7,549 nt of DNA. Source: a virus. Taxonomy: Duplodnaviria; Heunggongvirae; Uroviricota; Caudoviricetes. How positions within the stretch are numbered: the first letter of the stretch is position 1; the number at the start of each line of letters is the position of its first letter. Under the pieces are notes generated by a model, which had not been told where the DNA came from, searched no databases, and worked only from the letters and a program-made list of their open reading frames with translations. Positions 7,509 to 7,549 of the stretch are shown here, piece after piece. The position numbers and the translations under genes were made by a program. Where the stretch lies: the IMG/VR virus record IMGVR_UViG_2675903665_000006; one strand, given 5' to 3'.

Positions 7509-7549
7509 AATTCCTCCTGTATCTGATGTTTTCAGCCCCCATCATCTGT

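Larger units (their letters stand above)
3829..7549 (-). mobile_element. Prophage-derived tail-fibre module (remnant or partial prophage), continuing beyond the window's right edge
   Basis: Co-directional, tightly packed - strand genes including two fibre-type proteins; AT-rich receptor-binding region; no integrase, att site or IS seen here, so the extent and intactness are unknown. Confidence 0.55.

Noticed and set aside
7332-7526. + strand 64-aa ORF
   Set aside because: Antisense to the 98-aa - strand gene, which has a strong SD; no support of its own.
7509-7549. Possible 3' end of a further - strand gene at the right window edge (stop TGA at about 7534-7532)
   Set aside because: Only ~15 nt of potential coding sequence is visible before the window ends; it cannot be supported from this window.

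Overview
The window holds two modules. (1) Positions ~190-3737, + strand: a complete sitABCD-type Mn2+/Fe2+ ABC importer operon (periplasmic binding protein, ATPase, two permeases) with overlapping start/stop codons, preceded by a near-consensus Fur box and a perfect MntR-type palindrome. (2) Positions ~3829-7549, - strand: a prophage-derived tail-fibre module running convergently towards sitD. It contains a 98-aa hypothetical gene, an N-terminally truncated Stf-like tail-fibre gene whose only SD+ATG is out of frame with its body, a translationally coupled 93-aa acidic ORF, a 346-aa fibre-like protein with a C-terminal S74 intramolecular-chaperone domain, a terminator hairpin and a small two-helix membrane protein. 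No tRNA, rRNA, CRISPR array, IS element or integrase was seen. I do not see evidence for a recognisable novel defence or toxin system; the most interesting items are three unassigned small ORFs, the frame anomaly at the fibre start, and the position of the metal importer in the cargo region next to tail-fibre genes. All family assignments are from motif recognition by eye; no searches or computed statistics were run.
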